Shown here: in pieces, positions 27,393 through 38,672 of the stretch
Layout of the letters: the number at the start of each line of letters is the position of its first letter
Position numbering within the stretch: the first letter of the stretch is position 1
Assembly: GCA_963719315.1 (NCBI GenBank)
Contig: CAVRBU010000002.1
Coordinates: 1,600,001-1,664,000, forward strand
Direction of reading: 5' to 3'
Length of the DNA stretch: 64,000 nucleotides
Origin: an uncultured Planctomycetota bacterium
GTDB lineage: Bacteria; Planctomycetota; Planctomycetia; Pirellulales; Lacipirellulaceae
Translations under genes and position numbers: made by a program
The notes under the pieces: model-generated
What the model was told of the DNA's origin: nothing
Databases searched by the model: none
Seen by the model: the letters and a program-made list of their open reading frames with translations, nothing else

Positions 27393-28721
27393 ATGAAACT
27401 TCGAATTTTGGCAACAGTGCTGGTCTGTGTAATTGCGGGAACTGCCCGACCGGCCGAAAAACCGGCATCGGCCGACTCCAGCACGCAGTTCGAACGACAA
27501 ATCACCATACTCCTCACCCAATTGAACGACGATCTAGCGGCCGAACGCGATGCGGCGGAAAAGAAGCTGCTGGAGTTGGCCGGCACCAACACGGCCCAGG
27601 CGGATCGCTTTCTCGCGACGCTGCCCAAAGACAACGACCAAATGCCGCTGGCCGTGCGCGATCGATTGTCGCGCATCCGCAAACAAGTCGAAGATCGCGT
27701 TGCCAAGGCGGCAACCGGTGCGACGACGATCACACTTTCGGCCAAAAACATGTCTCTGGCCGAGGTGTTCAAAGCGATTGAACAACAAACGGGCAACAAA
27801 CTTGTCGACAATCGCGAGGAGCAGGAGGACGCCGCGGCAAAGAACACGGCGATAACCATCGAACTAAAGGACGAGGAGTTCTGGCCGGCAATCGACCAAA
27901 TCCTCGACCAGGCGAAGCTGGGCATCTACAGCTACGGCGGCGAGGAGGCATTGTCGATCGTGGCCCGCGGCGGCGACGACGGCCCGCGGCGCAGCCGGGC
28001 TGTGTACCAGGGGCCGCTGCGGTTCGAAGTGTTGGACGTGCAGGCGCAGCGCAGCCTGCGACGGCCGAAAGAGAAGTCGCTCAAGCTGCAACTCGAAGTG
28101 GGCTGGGAGCCGCGGATTCGCCCGATTGCCCTGTCGCAGCCGGTTGCCGACATCGAGGCCACCACCGACGATGGCGGCAAGCTCACCGCGGGACAGCCGG
28201 ATGCCGTTCAGGACGTCGAGGTGCCAAACGGCACGCAGGCCGCCGAGATCGTGCTGCCGTTCGAATTACCGGGGCGAGACGTCAAAAAGATTATCAAACT
28301 GCATGGTAAGCTGCACGCCCTCATGCCGGGGCGGCATGCCAAGTTCGAGTTTACGGACCTGGCCAAAGCGGCCGGGAAAACGCAGCGTCTGGGAGGAGTG
28401 CAGGTTACGCTGGACGATGTGAAGAAAAACAACGCCATTTGGGAAATCCACATGCGGTTCGCCCTTGATGAAGCAAATGGCGCGCTGCAATCGCATCGTG
28501 GCTGGGTATTCCAGAATTTGTCGTACCTCGTCGACAAGGACGGCAAGCGGATCGAAAACGCCGGCTTCGAAACGACGCGGCAAACGCCCAACGAGGTCGG
28601 CGTGGCATACCTATTCGATGTACCGGAAGGCCTCGATGGCCTGACCTGGGTGTACGAAACGCCGGCCGCGATCGTTGATTTGCCGGTGGAGTACGAACTC
28701 AAGGACATCGAGCTGCCGTAG
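27393..28721 (+). CDS. Secreted conserved hypothetical protein
   Basis: Long ORF with host-like codon use; signal peptide MKLRILATVLVCVIAGTA. Confidence 0.75.
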   Translation: MKLRILATVLVCVIAGTARPAEKPASADSSTQFERQITILLTQLNDDLAAERDAAEKKLLELAGTNTAQADRFLATLPKDNDQMPLAVRDRLSRIRKQVEDRVAKAATGATTITLSAKNMSLAEVFKAIEQQTGNKLVDNREEQEDAAAKNTAITIELKDEEFWPAIDQILDQAKLGIYSYGGEEALSIVARGGDDGPRRSRAVYQGPLRFEVLDVQAQRSLRRPKEKSLKLQLEVGWEPRIRPIALSQPVADIEATTDDGGKLTAGQPDAVQDVEVPNGTQAAEIVLPFELPGRDVKKIIKLHGKLHALMPGRHAKFEFTDLAKAAGKTQRLGGVQVTLDDVKKNNAIWEIHMRFALDEANGALQSHRGWVFQNLSYLVDKDGKRIENAGFETTRQTPNEVGVAYLFDVPEGLDGLTWVYETPAAIVDLPVEYELKDIELP

Positions 28722-28757
28722 CGTTTTCCTTTTCATGTGCGGTGGACTATTCCAACG

Positions 28758-29267
28758 CTAATCCAGGCTCTTTTTCCGCTCCGCCTTTTGTTCCACGATC
28801 TCATCACGCGTGTGGCGATATTCAGCCTGGCGACGCTCCAACACCTTTTCGATAGGCCCCAACACGCCCAGCACGAAAAGCGTTACGATTGCCGACGCTA
28901 TTGCGAGCGCGTACTCGCCCAAGCCGGCGGCTGTGCCGAGCGCGGCCGATAGCCAGATCGAACTGGCGGTCGTGAGGCCCTTAATCTGCTGCTTCTGGTC
29001 GAGCTTCAGAATCGTGCCGGCGCCCAAAAAGCCGATTCCCGAGGCGATGCCTTGAATGACGCGTGAAACGGCTTCGCCTTGTCGCGCGGAAATTGTAATG
29101 CCGGCGATCACAAAGATGGCGCAGCCGATAGCGACCAGCATGTGCGTGCGAAATCCAGCCCAATGCCCTTTCCATTCGCGTTCCAGGCCAATCACGCCGC
29201 CGAGAATGGCGGCAACGCCGATTCGCGTTAGGTCATCCCAGAATATTGGTGACTCCACGGCGAGCAT
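28758..29267 (-). CDS. MgtC/SapB family membrane protein
   Basis: IGLERE, AGFRTHMLV, SGIGFLGAGTI, GLTTASSIW. Confidence 0.9.
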   Translation of the reverse strand: MLAVESPIFWDDLTRIGVAAILGGVIGLEREWKGHWAGFRTHMLVAIGCAIFVIAGITISARQGEAVSRVIQGIASGIGFLGAGTILKLDQKQQIKGLTTASSIWLSAALGTAAGLGEYALAIASAIVTLFVLGVLGPIEKVLERRQAEYRHTRDEIVEQKAERKKSLD

Positions 29268-29301
29268 ATTTCGGCTGCAAATCAAGGCAAGAAACCAAGA
29301 A

Positions 29302-29374
29302 TCTCACGCAGAGGCGCAGGGGACGCAGAGTCCGCTGAGTAATAGCTCCGCGGACTCTGCACCTCTGCATGAGA
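29302..29374. repeat. Inverted repeat pair (CACGCAGAGGCGCAG family)
   Basis: tctcacgcagaggcgcaggggacgcagag ... ctccgcggactctgcacctctgcatgaga; related arm at 41576-41603. Confidence 0.75.
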
Positions 29375-29398
29375 TCTTCCACGGATAGGCTAAGAAAA

Positions 29399-30700
29399 TC
29401 AACCCAGAAGCTCGCGAACCACCTCGCCGCCGTCGACGAGTTTGATCGGGCGGCCGATGCGGCTCATGTTTTCGTGGTCGGCGTCGATGCCGAGCGTGGT
29501 ATAGACCGTGCGGAACAGGTCGCTAACGGTGACCGGCCGGGCCTCGACCTCGACGCCGCCGGCATCCGTTTCGCCAACGACCTGCCCGCCGCGGATGCCA
29601 CCGCCGGCCAGCACCACGTTGAAAGCCCGCGGATAATGATCGCGACCGCTGCGGGCGTTGATCCGCGGGGTGCGGCCGAATTCGCCCATCCAAATCACGA
29701 GCGTGCGATCGAGCATGCCGCGCTCGCGGAGGTCGGTCACAAGCTTGGCCATGGGCTGGTCAATCGTGCCGTTGTTGTTGGCGGTGCGATTGAAATTGTC
29801 ATCATGTGTGTCCCACCCTTCCTGATTGACTTCGACAAACGTCACGCCCGATTCGACCAGTCGCCGGGCCAACAGGCAACCGGCGCCGAATTTCGTGCGC
29901 CGATACGCGTCGCGCATTTTATCCGACTCTTTACTCAGGTCGAATGCCGCCATCCTCGGGCTCTGGATCATGTCCGACGATTTATGGATGAGCTTCTGGT
30001 GGTCGCGGACCAGGTCGGCACCTTCGACCGCACCGAAATCGGCCTCCACTTGCTTGAGCATTTCGAGTCGGCGGGCGTAGCGTTCATCGCGTGTGGCCGG
30101 CTGCGTATTCTCCGGCTTGGCCTCCGGATTCTGCAGCACGAACGGATCGTAATCGACGCCCAGGAAGCCGCCATTGCCGGCGTCGGCGTTTTTGCCGCCG
30201 ATTCGTACAAAACTGGGGATGTCGAAGCCGGGCGTGCCGATCTGCTGGGCGACGTGGGAGCCGAGCGTCGGGAACTTGACTCCACCCATTGGGAGGTATC
30301 CGTGGTGCAACAGGAACGTGGCCCGCGGATGGCTCCCCTCTTTGCTGGTCATCGAGCGCACGATGGCCAGGTTTTTCATCGCGGCGGCACACTTGGGCAG
30401 ACTTTCGGCGATCTGAATGCCGGAGACGGCCGTAGAGATCGCTTTCGTCTCACCACCATTTTCGTGGCCCGGCTTCGGACTGAACGTCTCGAATTGGCTG
30501 GGACCGCCGCCCATCCAGAGCAGAATGCAGGCCATGCCGCGTTTTCGCAGATCGTCGGCCGACATCACGATCGGATCGGTCCAGCTCACGATGCCGGCCG
30601 CTGCGCCGGCGGCTGCCGCTACTCGCAAAAAGTCGCGACGATGCACGACGCAGTCGCAGTTCGTCCGGGCGTGAATGTGGCGTTCAAGTTTGAGAATCAT
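29399..30700 (-). CDS. DUF1501 domain protein (Tat-exported)
   Basis: RRDFLR Tat motif, LWMGGGPSQFETF, LLARRLVESGV, WDTH, MGEFGRTP, GRDH. Confidence 0.9.
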   Translation of the reverse strand: MILKLERHIHARTNCDCVVHRRDFLRVAAAAGAAAGIVSWTDPIVMSADDLRKRGMACILLWMGGGPSQFETFSPKPGHENGGETKAISTAVSGIQIAESLPKCAAAMKNLAIVRSMTSKEGSHPRATFLLHHGYLPMGGVKFPTLGSHVAQQIGTPGFDIPSFVRIGGKNADAGNGGFLGVDYDPFVLQNPEAKPENTQPATRDERYARRLEMLKQVEADFGAVEGADLVRDHQKLIHKSSDMIQSPRMAAFDLSKESDKMRDAYRRTKFGAGCLLARRLVESGVTFVEVNQEGWDTHDDNFNRTANNNGTIDQPMAKLVTDLRERGMLDRTLVIWMGEFGRTPRINARSGRDHYPRAFNVVLAGGGIRGGQVVGETDAGGVEVEARPVTVSDLFRTVYTTLGIDADHENMSRIGRPIKLVDGGEVVRELLG

Positions 30701-30732
30701 CGTACCGATTCCTAGTTCCAATTCCGAAAATA

Positions 30733-30911
30733 TGACCACGGAGGCACGGAGGACACGGAAAATCAATAGCGGATTAACCGCTAACAAGCGCTAATAACCA
30801 GCTATTTGAATTCAATACCACATAGTTAAAACTTGCGCTCCCACAGCGAACAATAGCGGAAAACAAATCTCTAGCTTCTATTTCTCCGTGTCCTCCGTGC
30901 CTCCGTGGTCA
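30733..30911. repeat. MITE/REPIN-like element with perfect 27-bp terminal inverted repeats
   Basis: tgaccacggaggcacggaggacacgga (30733-30759) is the exact reverse complement of 30885-30911; AT-rich spacer. Confidence 0.85.
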
Positions 30912-30918
30912 AAAATTC

Positions 30919-32565
30919 TCATCGTCGATGGGAAAACTCTGAAGAGTTTAGTAAGGCCCAGAGCAGGTCTTCGAATACGGCTGGTCGATTCTTGGTGCTT
31001 TTGCAATACGCGAGCGCGGTTGTCATTTCCTTATCAGTTGGCTGGCGCGAGAAGGTTCGCAGGTAGAGGTCTTCCACAACCGCATTGTTGTCTGTGGTCG
31101 ATTCGAGCAGCCGGCCGAGCATTGTGTCGTTGCCGATGGCTCGCACGCCCAGATTGATTCGCACGCCATTCATCAGCGCCAGGGCTTGGGGAATCGAGGC
31201 ATTCACGGTTTCCCGCGGGTCGCTGGGGTCGTAGCCAAACGCCACTTCAAACGAGCCGCGAACTGAGGCATTCGGACCATAGGGCTTGCCGCCCTCCGGG
31301 CGACCGCGACGGGTCTGCTGCGCCTCCTGCTCGGGTGAGTCGAGCGCACTCAACAGCGCGTCGAACAGTTGATCGCTACGGAGTGGCTGGGCGACGGTGG
31401 CGGCGAACGGCGTGCCGTCCACCTCGCGACGCGGCCGACTTTCGCGCTGGTAGGCATCGGTCGCACAAATCGTGCGAAACAGCCATTTGATATCGAAGTC
31501 GTTCGCTGCGAAACCCCGGCTCAGCAATTCCACCGTTTTTGGCGCGGAGGGTTTTCGATCGGGACCCATGTCGTCGATCGGCTGATAAAACCCTTCGCCC
31601 ACGAGCTCGCCCCAAATCCGGTTGACAAACGCGGTCGCGAACCATGGATTCTGCGTCATCCATTTGGCGACGGTCCCGCGACGCTCGGCATCGGGCGTGC
31701 CAAACGGCATCTTGGCCGACGTGAGGAAGAACTTTGGTTGCATCTTCGTGCCGGGTGCGGTCGGGTTGTCGAGGTTCGGCATGTAGTGCTCGGGCTTGCC
31801 GCGGCGGTTGTCGGCGTTCGGCCGGCGGCCGTTATCGGGCCGGTCGTCGGAGACGACTTCGAAGCTCCGCCGCACCGGCGACTGAACGGGTCGCACGGCG
31901 ATCCGCGGGAAGAATGCGGCAAACTCGTGAAACTGCTCGCGCGTCCAACGGTCGGTTTTATGATCGTGGCACTGGGCGCATTGGATTTGGATGCCAAGGA
32001 AGATGCGCGACATTTCGGCCGTCGTCTCCTCGGTGCGGCCCTCTTGGGCCAACTCGATGGCAGTCTCGCCGTTTTCACGAACGTCGCCCGTCGCGGTGAT
32101 GAACTCGGCCGCAAGCTTGTCCCACGATTGGTTCTCGTTGAACTTGTCGGTCAACGTCACCACAAGCGGATTGGCGACGATCGACGCACGGTCTTCGAGC
32201 TTGCGCGAGAGAATCACATCACGCCAATAGCGGGCCCAGTTCTGGCCGTACTGCGGATTGGCGAGTAGTTCACGAACCACGCGCTCCCGCTTGTCTTTTG
32301 CGGGGTCGAGCAAGAACGCGGTGACGTGCTCGGGCGTCGGGATGTCGCCCACGATATCGAGCCACACGCGGCGTAGGAATGTGGCATCATCAACTCGCGG
32401 CGCAAGCTGCGTATCCGGTTTGAAAACTTCTTCCGCCAATAGCCGATCGACTTCGCGGGCCGTCTCCTCGGCGGCTGGCTTAGCTAACAGACGGCTCGGG
32501 GCCAGGCCGCCCGCGATCAACGCCAGTGCCCAACACAAGGACTTTCTCGCCGGGGGAAGAATCAT
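30919..32565 (-). CDS. DUF1549/DUF1553 domain protein
   Basis: FLRRVWLDIVGDIPT, FLGIQIQCAQCHDH, FVNRIW, QALALMN, DLLWALLNSSEF. Confidence 0.9.
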   Translation of the reverse strand: MILPPARKSLCWALALIAGGLAPSRLLAKPAAEETAREVDRLLAEEVFKPDTQLAPRVDDATFLRRVWLDIVGDIPTPEHVTAFLLDPAKDKRERVVRELLANPQYGQNWARYWRDVILSRKLEDRASIVANPLVVTLTDKFNENQSWDKLAAEFITATGDVRENGETAIELAQEGRTEETTAEMSRIFLGIQIQCAQCHDHKTDRWTREQFHEFAAFFPRIAVRPVQSPVRRSFEVVSDDRPDNGRRPNADNRRGKPEHYMPNLDNPTAPGTKMQPKFFLTSAKMPFGTPDAERRGTVAKWMTQNPWFATAFVNRIWGELVGEGFYQPIDDMGPDRKPSAPKTVELLSRGFAANDFDIKWLFRTICATDAYQRESRPRREVDGTPFAATVAQPLRSDQLFDALLSALDSPEQEAQQTRRGRPEGGKPYGPNASVRGSFEVAFGYDPSDPRETVNASIPQALALMNGVRINLGVRAIGNDTMLGRLLESTTDNNAVVEDLYLRTFSRQPTDKEMTTALAYCKSTKNRPAVFEDLLWALLNSSEFSHRR

Positions 32566-32733
32566 CGCGTCACCCCTCCGATTTGATATAATACGGAAAC
32601 AACTGGGGCAGACATTCCTGTCTGCTTCACAGTATGAAGCCGCACATGGCTCGTGCGCCCGATATTGTACCTAAACCCCGGCAGAGCGGTGTAGTTCCGC
32701 CGCAGCTTTCCGGGCCGAAATTCGAGAATCCGC

Positions 32734-33141
32734 ATGATTCGCATCGCCAAATCGAATGGTGTCGTCCGCCTGCCGAAGGCCAAAAACGTGCTCGGCGGAA
32801 AGTTGGCTATTTGCTGCACGTCGCCCATGACCGGCTTTTTCCGCGACGGCTGCTGCAACACAGGGCCAGAGGATGTCGGCTCCCATACCGTGTGCGTCGT
32901 GTTGACGGCCGAGTTCCTGGCGTTCTCCAAAGCTGCCGGCAACGATCTTTCGACCCCCAACCTGCAATGGGGCTTTCCCGGCTTGCAGCCTGGCGACCGC
33001 TGGTGCCTCTGCGCCCCGCGGTGGCAGGAAGCGCTCGACGCCGGCCACGCGCCGAAGGTGGTGCTCGCCGCCACGCATGAAGGAGCGCTCGCGTATTGTG
33101 ACTTGGAAGACTTAAAGGCGCACGCGATTGACGACCAATGA
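32734..33141 (+). CDS. DUF2237 family protein
   Basis: NVLGG, PMTGFFRDGCC, GNDLSTP, FPGLQPGDRWCLCA, LAATHE. Confidence 0.9.
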   Translation: MIRIAKSNGVVRLPKAKNVLGGKLAICCTSPMTGFFRDGCCNTGPEDVGSHTVCVVLTAEFLAFSKAAGNDLSTPNLQWGFPGLQPGDRWCLCAPRWQEALDAGHAPKVVLAATHEGALAYCDLEDLKAHAIDDQ

Positions 33142-33194
33142 TCCGGCCATCTTGTCCGGGAATGCCGCCTCCGACAATGAATGGGGCGGCTACA

Positions 33195-35267
33195 TTAGTG
33201 CACGCGTTGCCCCGGTACCGCGCCGGAATCGACGGTGATCACGAACACTTCGCTGCCGCCAGGGCCAGCCGCTGTCACCATGCCTTCACTTGTGCCGAAT
33301 TTCATCTTCCGCGGCGCGAGATTCGCAACGCAGACAACGAGTTTGCCGACTAACTCCTCCGGCTTGTACGCCTCCTTGATACCGGCGAATACGTTTTTGG
33401 TCGTGCCGCCGCCCAGGCTGAGCGTGAGCTTCAGTAACTTTTTCGCTTCGGGCACGTCTTCGGCAGCGATGACGCGGGCGACTCGCAAATCGACTTTGGC
33501 AAAGTCGTCTATGGTGCATTCGGGGGCAAGCGGCTCGGCGGCGAGAGCGTCGCCCGCGTCGGGCCATTGGGGAGGGTCGCCTGTGCTCACGGTCGCTGAA
33601 GCGACCGCGCCGTTAGCGGGTTTGCTGTCCTCGATCATGGCGTGTACGTCCTTTTCTTCCACGCGGCGAAGCATGTGCGTGAACTTGTTAACAGGGGTGC
33701 CGACGAGCGGCGTTTGCGCTTGGTCCCAGTGCTTGATTGGATCGTTCAGGAGTTCGCCAGTTTGCTTTGCCAGCCGCGGCAAGACGGGCGACAAGTATAT
33801 CACGATTTGGCGAAACAAATTGAGCGCAACCGTGCAGACGTCCTGCAACTCGCGAGCCCGCGCTGGGTCTTTGCGTAAGTCCCACGGTTTCCGCTCCTCT
33901 ACATATGGGTTTGCTCGATCGGCGAGGCCCATGATCGATTTCATGGCCTTGCTGTAGTCGGTCGCTTCGTACGCTTCGCGAATATCGGCTCCTGCCGTGG
34001 CGGCCGCGGCGAACAGGCCACCATCGTCCGGATACTTCGCCGATAAACCGGTTGATTCGACAAACTTCGCCGTCCGGCTGGCGAGGTTAACCACTTTGTT
34101 CACCAGGTCGGCGTTCACCTTGGCGACAAACTCGTCGGCCGACAAATCAAAATCCTCCACGCGCGACGAAAGCTTCGCGGCGTAAAAATATCGGAGGAAG
34201 CTGGGGTCAAGGTGCTTGAGATAGGTCCGGGCGGCAACGAATGTGCCTTTGCTTTTCGACATTTTCTCGCCGCCAACCGTCAGAAAGCCGTGTACGTGAA
34301 TTTTCGCCGGCAAATTGTAGCCGGCCGTCTTGAGCATGCCGGGCCAGAACAGCGTGTGGAAATAGGTGATGTCCTTGCCGATGAAGTGGTGAATTTCACA
34401 ATCGGGCGACCGCCACCAATCGTCGAAACGCTCGCCGGAGCGGTCGCACCACTGCTTGGTTGAGGCCATGTAGCCGATCGGCGCGTCGAACCACACGTAC
34501 CAATAGTTGCCGGGGTGGTCCGGTATTTCGAAGCCGAAGTAGGGGGCCGGCCGGGAGATGTCCCAGTCGCGCAGCGGCTCGCCCAAAAAATGCCCCTTCA
34601 AGTAATTGGCGATCTCGGGCTGCAAGTGTTCGCCCGATTGCGTCCAAGCCTCCAGAAATGTGTGCAGCTTCTCCAGCTCAATAAACAAGTGGGGCGACTT
34701 GCGGATTTCGGGCGTCGCGCCGCTGAGCGTGCTGCGTGGATCGATCAATTCGCTGGGGCTGTAGTGGTCCCCGCACTTGCTACAATTGTCACCGGGTTGA
34801 TCGGGCGTCTTGCACTTGGGACACGTGCCACGCACGAACCGGTCGGCGAGGAATGTACCGGCCTGCGGATCGAAAAGCTGCTCGACGTCACGCTCCTTCA
34901 CGAGCCCCGCCTTGCGGATCGATCGCCAAAATTCTTCGCATAGGACGCGGTTTTCGGGACTGTGCGTGCTGCCGAAATTGGCGAACTCGATATCGAAGCC
35001 GGCCAGGTCCAATTCGTGGGCCGCCTGAACCTCGGCGATCAGGTCCTCCTCGCTACGGCCTTCTTGCCGGGCGCGGATCATCGTTGCCGTGCCATGCGTG
35101 TCATCGGCGCACACATACACGCAGCGGTTGCCCAGCAATCGTTGGAAGCGGGCCCAGATATCGGTCTGAATCGCCTCCAGCAAGTACCCAATGTGAATAT
35201 GGGCATTCACGTAAGGCAGGGCAGAAGTGACAAGAATCCGGCGCACAGCGACAAGCCTCATAAACAA
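33195..35267 (-). CDS. metG: Methionine--tRNA ligase with C-terminal tRNA-binding domain
   Basis: [12 protein letters not shown], Zn knuckle, [20 protein letters not shown]-terminal [15 protein letters not shown]. Confidence 0.97.
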   Translation of the reverse strand: MFMRLVAVRRILVTSALPYVNAHIHIGYLLEAIQTDIWARFQRLLGNRCVYVCADDTHGTATMIRARQEGRSEEDLIAEVQAAHELDLAGFDIEFANFGSTHSPENRVLCEEFWRSIRKAGLVKERDVEQLFDPQAGTFLADRFVRGTCPKCKTPDQPGDNCSKCGDHYSPSELIDPRSTLSGATPEIRKSPHLFIELEKLHTFLEAWTQSGEHLQPEIANYLKGHFLGEPLRDWDISRPAPYFGFEIPDHPGNYWYVWFDAPIGYMASTKQWCDRSGERFDDWWRSPDCEIHHFIGKDITYFHTLFWPGMLKTAGYNLPAKIHVHGFLTVGGEKMSKSKGTFVAARTYLKHLDPSFLRYFYAAKLSSRVEDFDLSADEFVAKVNADLVNKVVNLASRTAKFVESTGLSAKYPDDGGLFAAAATAGADIREAYEATDYSKAMKSIMGLADRANPYVEERKPWDLRKDPARARELQDVCTVALNLFRQIVIYLSPVLPRLAKQTGELLNDPIKHWDQAQTPLVGTPVNKFTHMLRRVEEKDVHAMIEDSKPANGAVASATVSTGDPPQWPDAGDALAAEPLAPECTIDDFAKVDLRVARVIAAEDVPEAKKLLKLTLSLGGGTTKNVFAGIKEAYKPEELVGKLVVCVANLAPRKMKFGTSEGMVTAAGPGGSEVFVITVDSGAVPGQRVH

Positions 35268-35670
35268 CGAATTTCACGGGCTTTGGCGTCGGCCACGAGG
35301 CCGAATTAACCGCTAGCACCGCCGCCCGTCCGGCCCGCGGCCGCGTCATTGTAGCCCCCTTCCCCACTCTTCGGGAGTGCGGTCGCCAGTTGCTCGGCCA
35401 AGCTGACCTTGTACGTTTTTCGCAAGTCGAGGACATTCCCGCCCCTGGAGTCGGATCGCCCGTATCGAGTCCGACGCCAATCCACACCCAATGGTTCGCT
35501 CTGCACGTTCGGCCTGCCTTCGCAACCAAGTATTGTCTGCTCCCCGCGATCAGCAGGATGCTGATCAACACACGGTAGACAGATTCGCGATCCGCAGGCC
35601 TGCGTGATGCCCTTGCGGCGACCCGCGTCGCAACGATGGCATGCCGACCACCAATCCAAGGAGGGAACGG

Positions 35671-37188
35671 ATGGTCCGATTCGCGGCAGCGGCATTTGCG
35701 CTCGCGGTTTCGTCGCTAGGTCTATCGGCCTGCGGCGCCGAAATTCTCTTACTGGATTTCTGGTCGCCTCAGTGCGGTCCGTGCATGCAAATGAAGCCCA
35801 CGGTCCACAGCCTGGAGCAGGCGAAATATCCGATTCAAGAGGTCGATACGACACGCGATTCCGAAACGTCGCGACGGTTCGGTGTGAGCCAGATTCCGTG
35901 TTTCGTGATGCTAGTCGATGGCCAAGAGATAGACCGCGAGATCGGTGCGACGAGCAGCGAGCGACTGCAGCAGATGTTCGAGAAGGCCAAGGATGTGGTG
36001 GTGCAGAAGCACCGTCAGCAACATCCGGAGCAACAGCCGCCAGGACAGATCCGATTTCAAAATGAAGACGATCGACAGGCAACCCGCGGTTCGGCCGGAA
36101 TGCCGGCCCCGAGCCATGTCAGTTCACCAGCGCAGGCTCCCTCGAATTCAGTCGCTCCTAGCAGCACGCGGCCACAACCCGCCGAGAGCACGGGCGTCTA
36201 TTCAGGACCAGCACAACCAAGGGCAACTGCCGGCGCGGACGGTGATTTTCCGCAGAGTCTCGTCGCTGCGACCGTGCGTATTCGCGTGGAAGACGCTCAA
36301 GGCCGCTCCTTCGGCACTGGTACGATAATCGATTCACGGAGCGGCGAAGCCTTGATCGTTACATGTGGCCACTTGTTCCGTGAGTCCAAGGGTAAGGGGC
36401 CAATGATGGTCGAGTTGTTCGATGTGAGCGGAGGCAGCCCACGTGTTGCTGAGCAGGTGCCCGGGCAACTTATCAGCTATGACTTGGATCGCGACGTGGC
36501 GTTCGTCAGCATTCGCCCGACTCGGCCGGTGAGCGTTGCGCCAGTAGCGCCGCCGCGGACACCTATCCTAAAGGGCGACCGCGTCGCCACGATCGGCTGC
36601 AGCAACGGCAATGATCCCACGCTTTTGCCGCAGCGGATCAACATGCTCGACCGTTACCAGGGACCGGCCAATATCGAAGTCAGCGGTGCGCCGGAAGAAG
36701 GGCGCAGCGGCGGCGGACTGTTCAATCTGCAGGGGCAACTGATCGGAGTCTGCTACGCGGCCGACTACGAGGGCAGAGAAGGCCTATACGCGGCGCTCGA
36801 TTCAATTCACGCAGAACTCAACCGGCTCGGACTTAAGGACGTGTACGCGAAAGCCGAGGCCGTCGATCCGCGAGGGGCGAGCCAGCCGATGGTCGTGCGT
36901 GGTCAGGAACTGTCCACGCAATTGGCACCAATCACGCCCATCGCCGATTCAACGCCCCGCCCTGTGGCCGACGCGGCGGGTGCTCTTCCGCAAAAGCTGA
37001 ACGAAACGGAACAGGCTGCGTTCAGCGAAATCATGCAGCGGGCAGCGACAGCGGAAGTGGTCGTGATCGTGCGGCCCAAAGCGCCTGGCGGCCAGAGCGA
37101 AGTGATCCAGTTGGATAATGTGTCGCCTGATTTCATTCGCGCCCTGGAAGCTCAGCGCCGCAGCCCACAATCGCCGGCGACCCGCTAA
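35671..37188 (+). CDS. Secreted thioredoxin + trypsin-like peptidase fusion
   Basis: Signal peptide, WSPQCGPC, Pro/Gln linker, VTCGH, DRDVA, GRSGGGL. Confidence 0.85.
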   Translation: MVRFAAAAFALAVSSLGLSACGAEILLLDFWSPQCGPCMQMKPTVHSLEQAKYPIQEVDTTRDSETSRRFGVSQIPCFVMLVDGQEIDREIGATSSERLQQMFEKAKDVVVQKHRQQHPEQQPPGQIRFQNEDDRQATRGSAGMPAPSHVSSPAQAPSNSVAPSSTRPQPAESTGVYSGPAQPRATAGADGDFPQSLVAATVRIRVEDAQGRSFGTGTIIDSRSGEALIVTCGHLFRESKGKGPMMVELFDVSGGSPRVAEQVPGQLISYDLDRDVAFVSIRPTRPVSVAPVAPPRTPILKGDRVATIGCSNGNDPTLLPQRINMLDRYQGPANIEVSGAPEEGRSGGGLFNLQGQLIGVCYAADYEGREGLYAALDSIHAELNRLGLKDVYAKAEAVDPRGASQPMVVRGQELSTQLAPITPIADSTPRPVADAAGALPQKLNETEQAAFSEIMQRAATAEVVVIVRPKAPGGQSEVIQLDNVSPDFIRALEAQRRSPQSPATR

Positions 37189-37485
37189 ATCCGGGACGCC
37201 GCTTCGCCTGGCACTCTTGCCGGCAAAACCGTCACAGTCGTTATCAATCGCGCGACGGCGGTGGCGGTCAAAAAGTGTGACGTAAGTTTGAACGTTGCTC
37301 TCAAGTGTTTACGCCTCTGGCGAGTATCTCATGGTTTGGTACGTCGCAGTCATTGCGGTTTTGAATCTTGGTCTGGGATACGCGCTGGCACTTTACATGG
37401 AGCGCGGGCGCAGAGCCGCGTGCGCGAGTGCCATGCTGGATGCAGACGACGCATAAACCGAGCGGCATCGCTTTCGGCACAACTT

Positions 37486-37956
37486 CTACTTGCCGGCCGC
37501 CACTTCGAAAATCGCTTCGATCTCAACAGCCCAGCCGGCCGGCAACGACGCCACGCCCATCGCGCTGCGAGCGCCGACGCCATTTTCTGAACCAAAGATG
37601 TCGCGCATCAATTCGCTGAAACCGTTGACGACGGCCGGGTGATCTTTGAAATCGGGCGTGGCATTGACGAATCCGGTCGTCTTTACAAGGCGTTTGACTG
37701 CATACAGGCTGCCGAAATGCTGGCGCATCGTTGCCAGCATGTTCAGCGCGGTGCGGCGGGCGGCTTCGTAGCCGGCTTCCTTTTGCAGCGTCTCACCCAG
37801 GCGGCCACAGGTTGCGGTGCCGTCGGCGCCGACCGGACCGTGGCCAGAGAGGTACGCCAGCCCATTCAACACAAGCACTGGCTTGTACATGCCCAACGAT
37901 TTCGGGCCGGGCGGGAGTTCGACGTTGAGTTCGGTTAGGCGCTCTTCGGGGCTCAT
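37486..37956 (-). CDS. RidA/YjgF family protein
   Basis: YLSGHGP, NGFSEL, GARSAMGVASLP, VEIE. Confidence 0.9.
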   Translation of the reverse strand: MSPEERLTELNVELPPGPKSLGMYKPVLVLNGLAYLSGHGPVGADGTATCGRLGETLQKEAGYEAARRTALNMLATMRQHFGSLYAVKRLVKTTGFVNATPDFKDHPAVVNGFSELMRDIFGSENGVGARSAMGVASLPAGWAVEIEAIFEVAAGK

Positions 37957-38025
37957 GCTTATTTCCTAGGAGAGTACGCCGTACCAAGTACGGAGTACAG
38001 AGACTTCAATTCGGATCCTGTTTCT

Positions 38026-38424
38026 TTAATCAATTCGTTTGTACACGTCTTTTGGATCAAACACGCGGTCGGCGACGATCTTCACGCTGTCTGAAGTGAC
38101 TTGCCGGAAGAAGCAGGAGGCGTAACCTTCGTGGCAGGCCGCGCCGCCGATCTGCTCGACTTTGAGCAGCACGGTGTCGGCGTCGCAATCGACGTAAATC
38201 GCTTGCACGTTCTGTACGTTCCCGCTTTCTTCGCCTTTGCGCCACAGCCTTTGGCGGGCCCGGCTGAAATAGACGGCCTGGCCGCTCGCGAGCGTTTCGT
38301 CCCACGCCTCGCGATTCATGTGTGCGACCATCAGCACTTGGCCCGTCGTCGCGTCCTGGGCGACGGCGGTGACCAGGCCGTCAGATGCTGAAAATGCCGG
38401 CGTGATGCTCGATTTCTGGCTCAT
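38026..38424 (-). CDS. hisI: Phosphoribosyl-AMP cyclohydrolase
   Basis: [32 protein letters not shown]. Confidence 0.95.
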   Translation of the reverse strand: MSQKSSITPAFSASDGLVTAVAQDATTGQVLMVAHMNREAWDETLASGQAVYFSRARQRLWRKGEESGNVQNVQAIYVDCDADTVLLKVEQIGGAACHEGYASCFFRQVTSDSVKIVADRVFDPKDVYKRID

Positions 38425-38672
38425 GTTGGGGGCCTGCTGACCCCGTCAGCATATCGCGTGCTCAGCGGACTGGCCAGTCGCCGCACGCGTGCAAACGGCA
38501 TATCCGCCACAATCGTTGCCGCGCGATTGGATGGTTTCCATTGCACCGTTCGCGCAACGGTTGTCTTTTGCGTAAAGCTGAAGTGTCGCGGCGAGTTGGA
38601 CGATGGTGGTAAGGACGGATCGCAAGTGGCGCAGGAGGCACGCTCGCATACTCCTTCGTTTTCGGAGACAGC

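Noticed and set aside
29369..30715. 448-aa + strand ORF (also 31369-32268, 42569-43627, 46621-48276, 60324-61562)
   Set aside because: Antisense shadows of well-supported genes in GC-rich DNA
35280..35600. Riboswitch or T-box upstream of metG
   Set aside because: Hairpins present but no SAM-riboswitch or T-box consensus recognised
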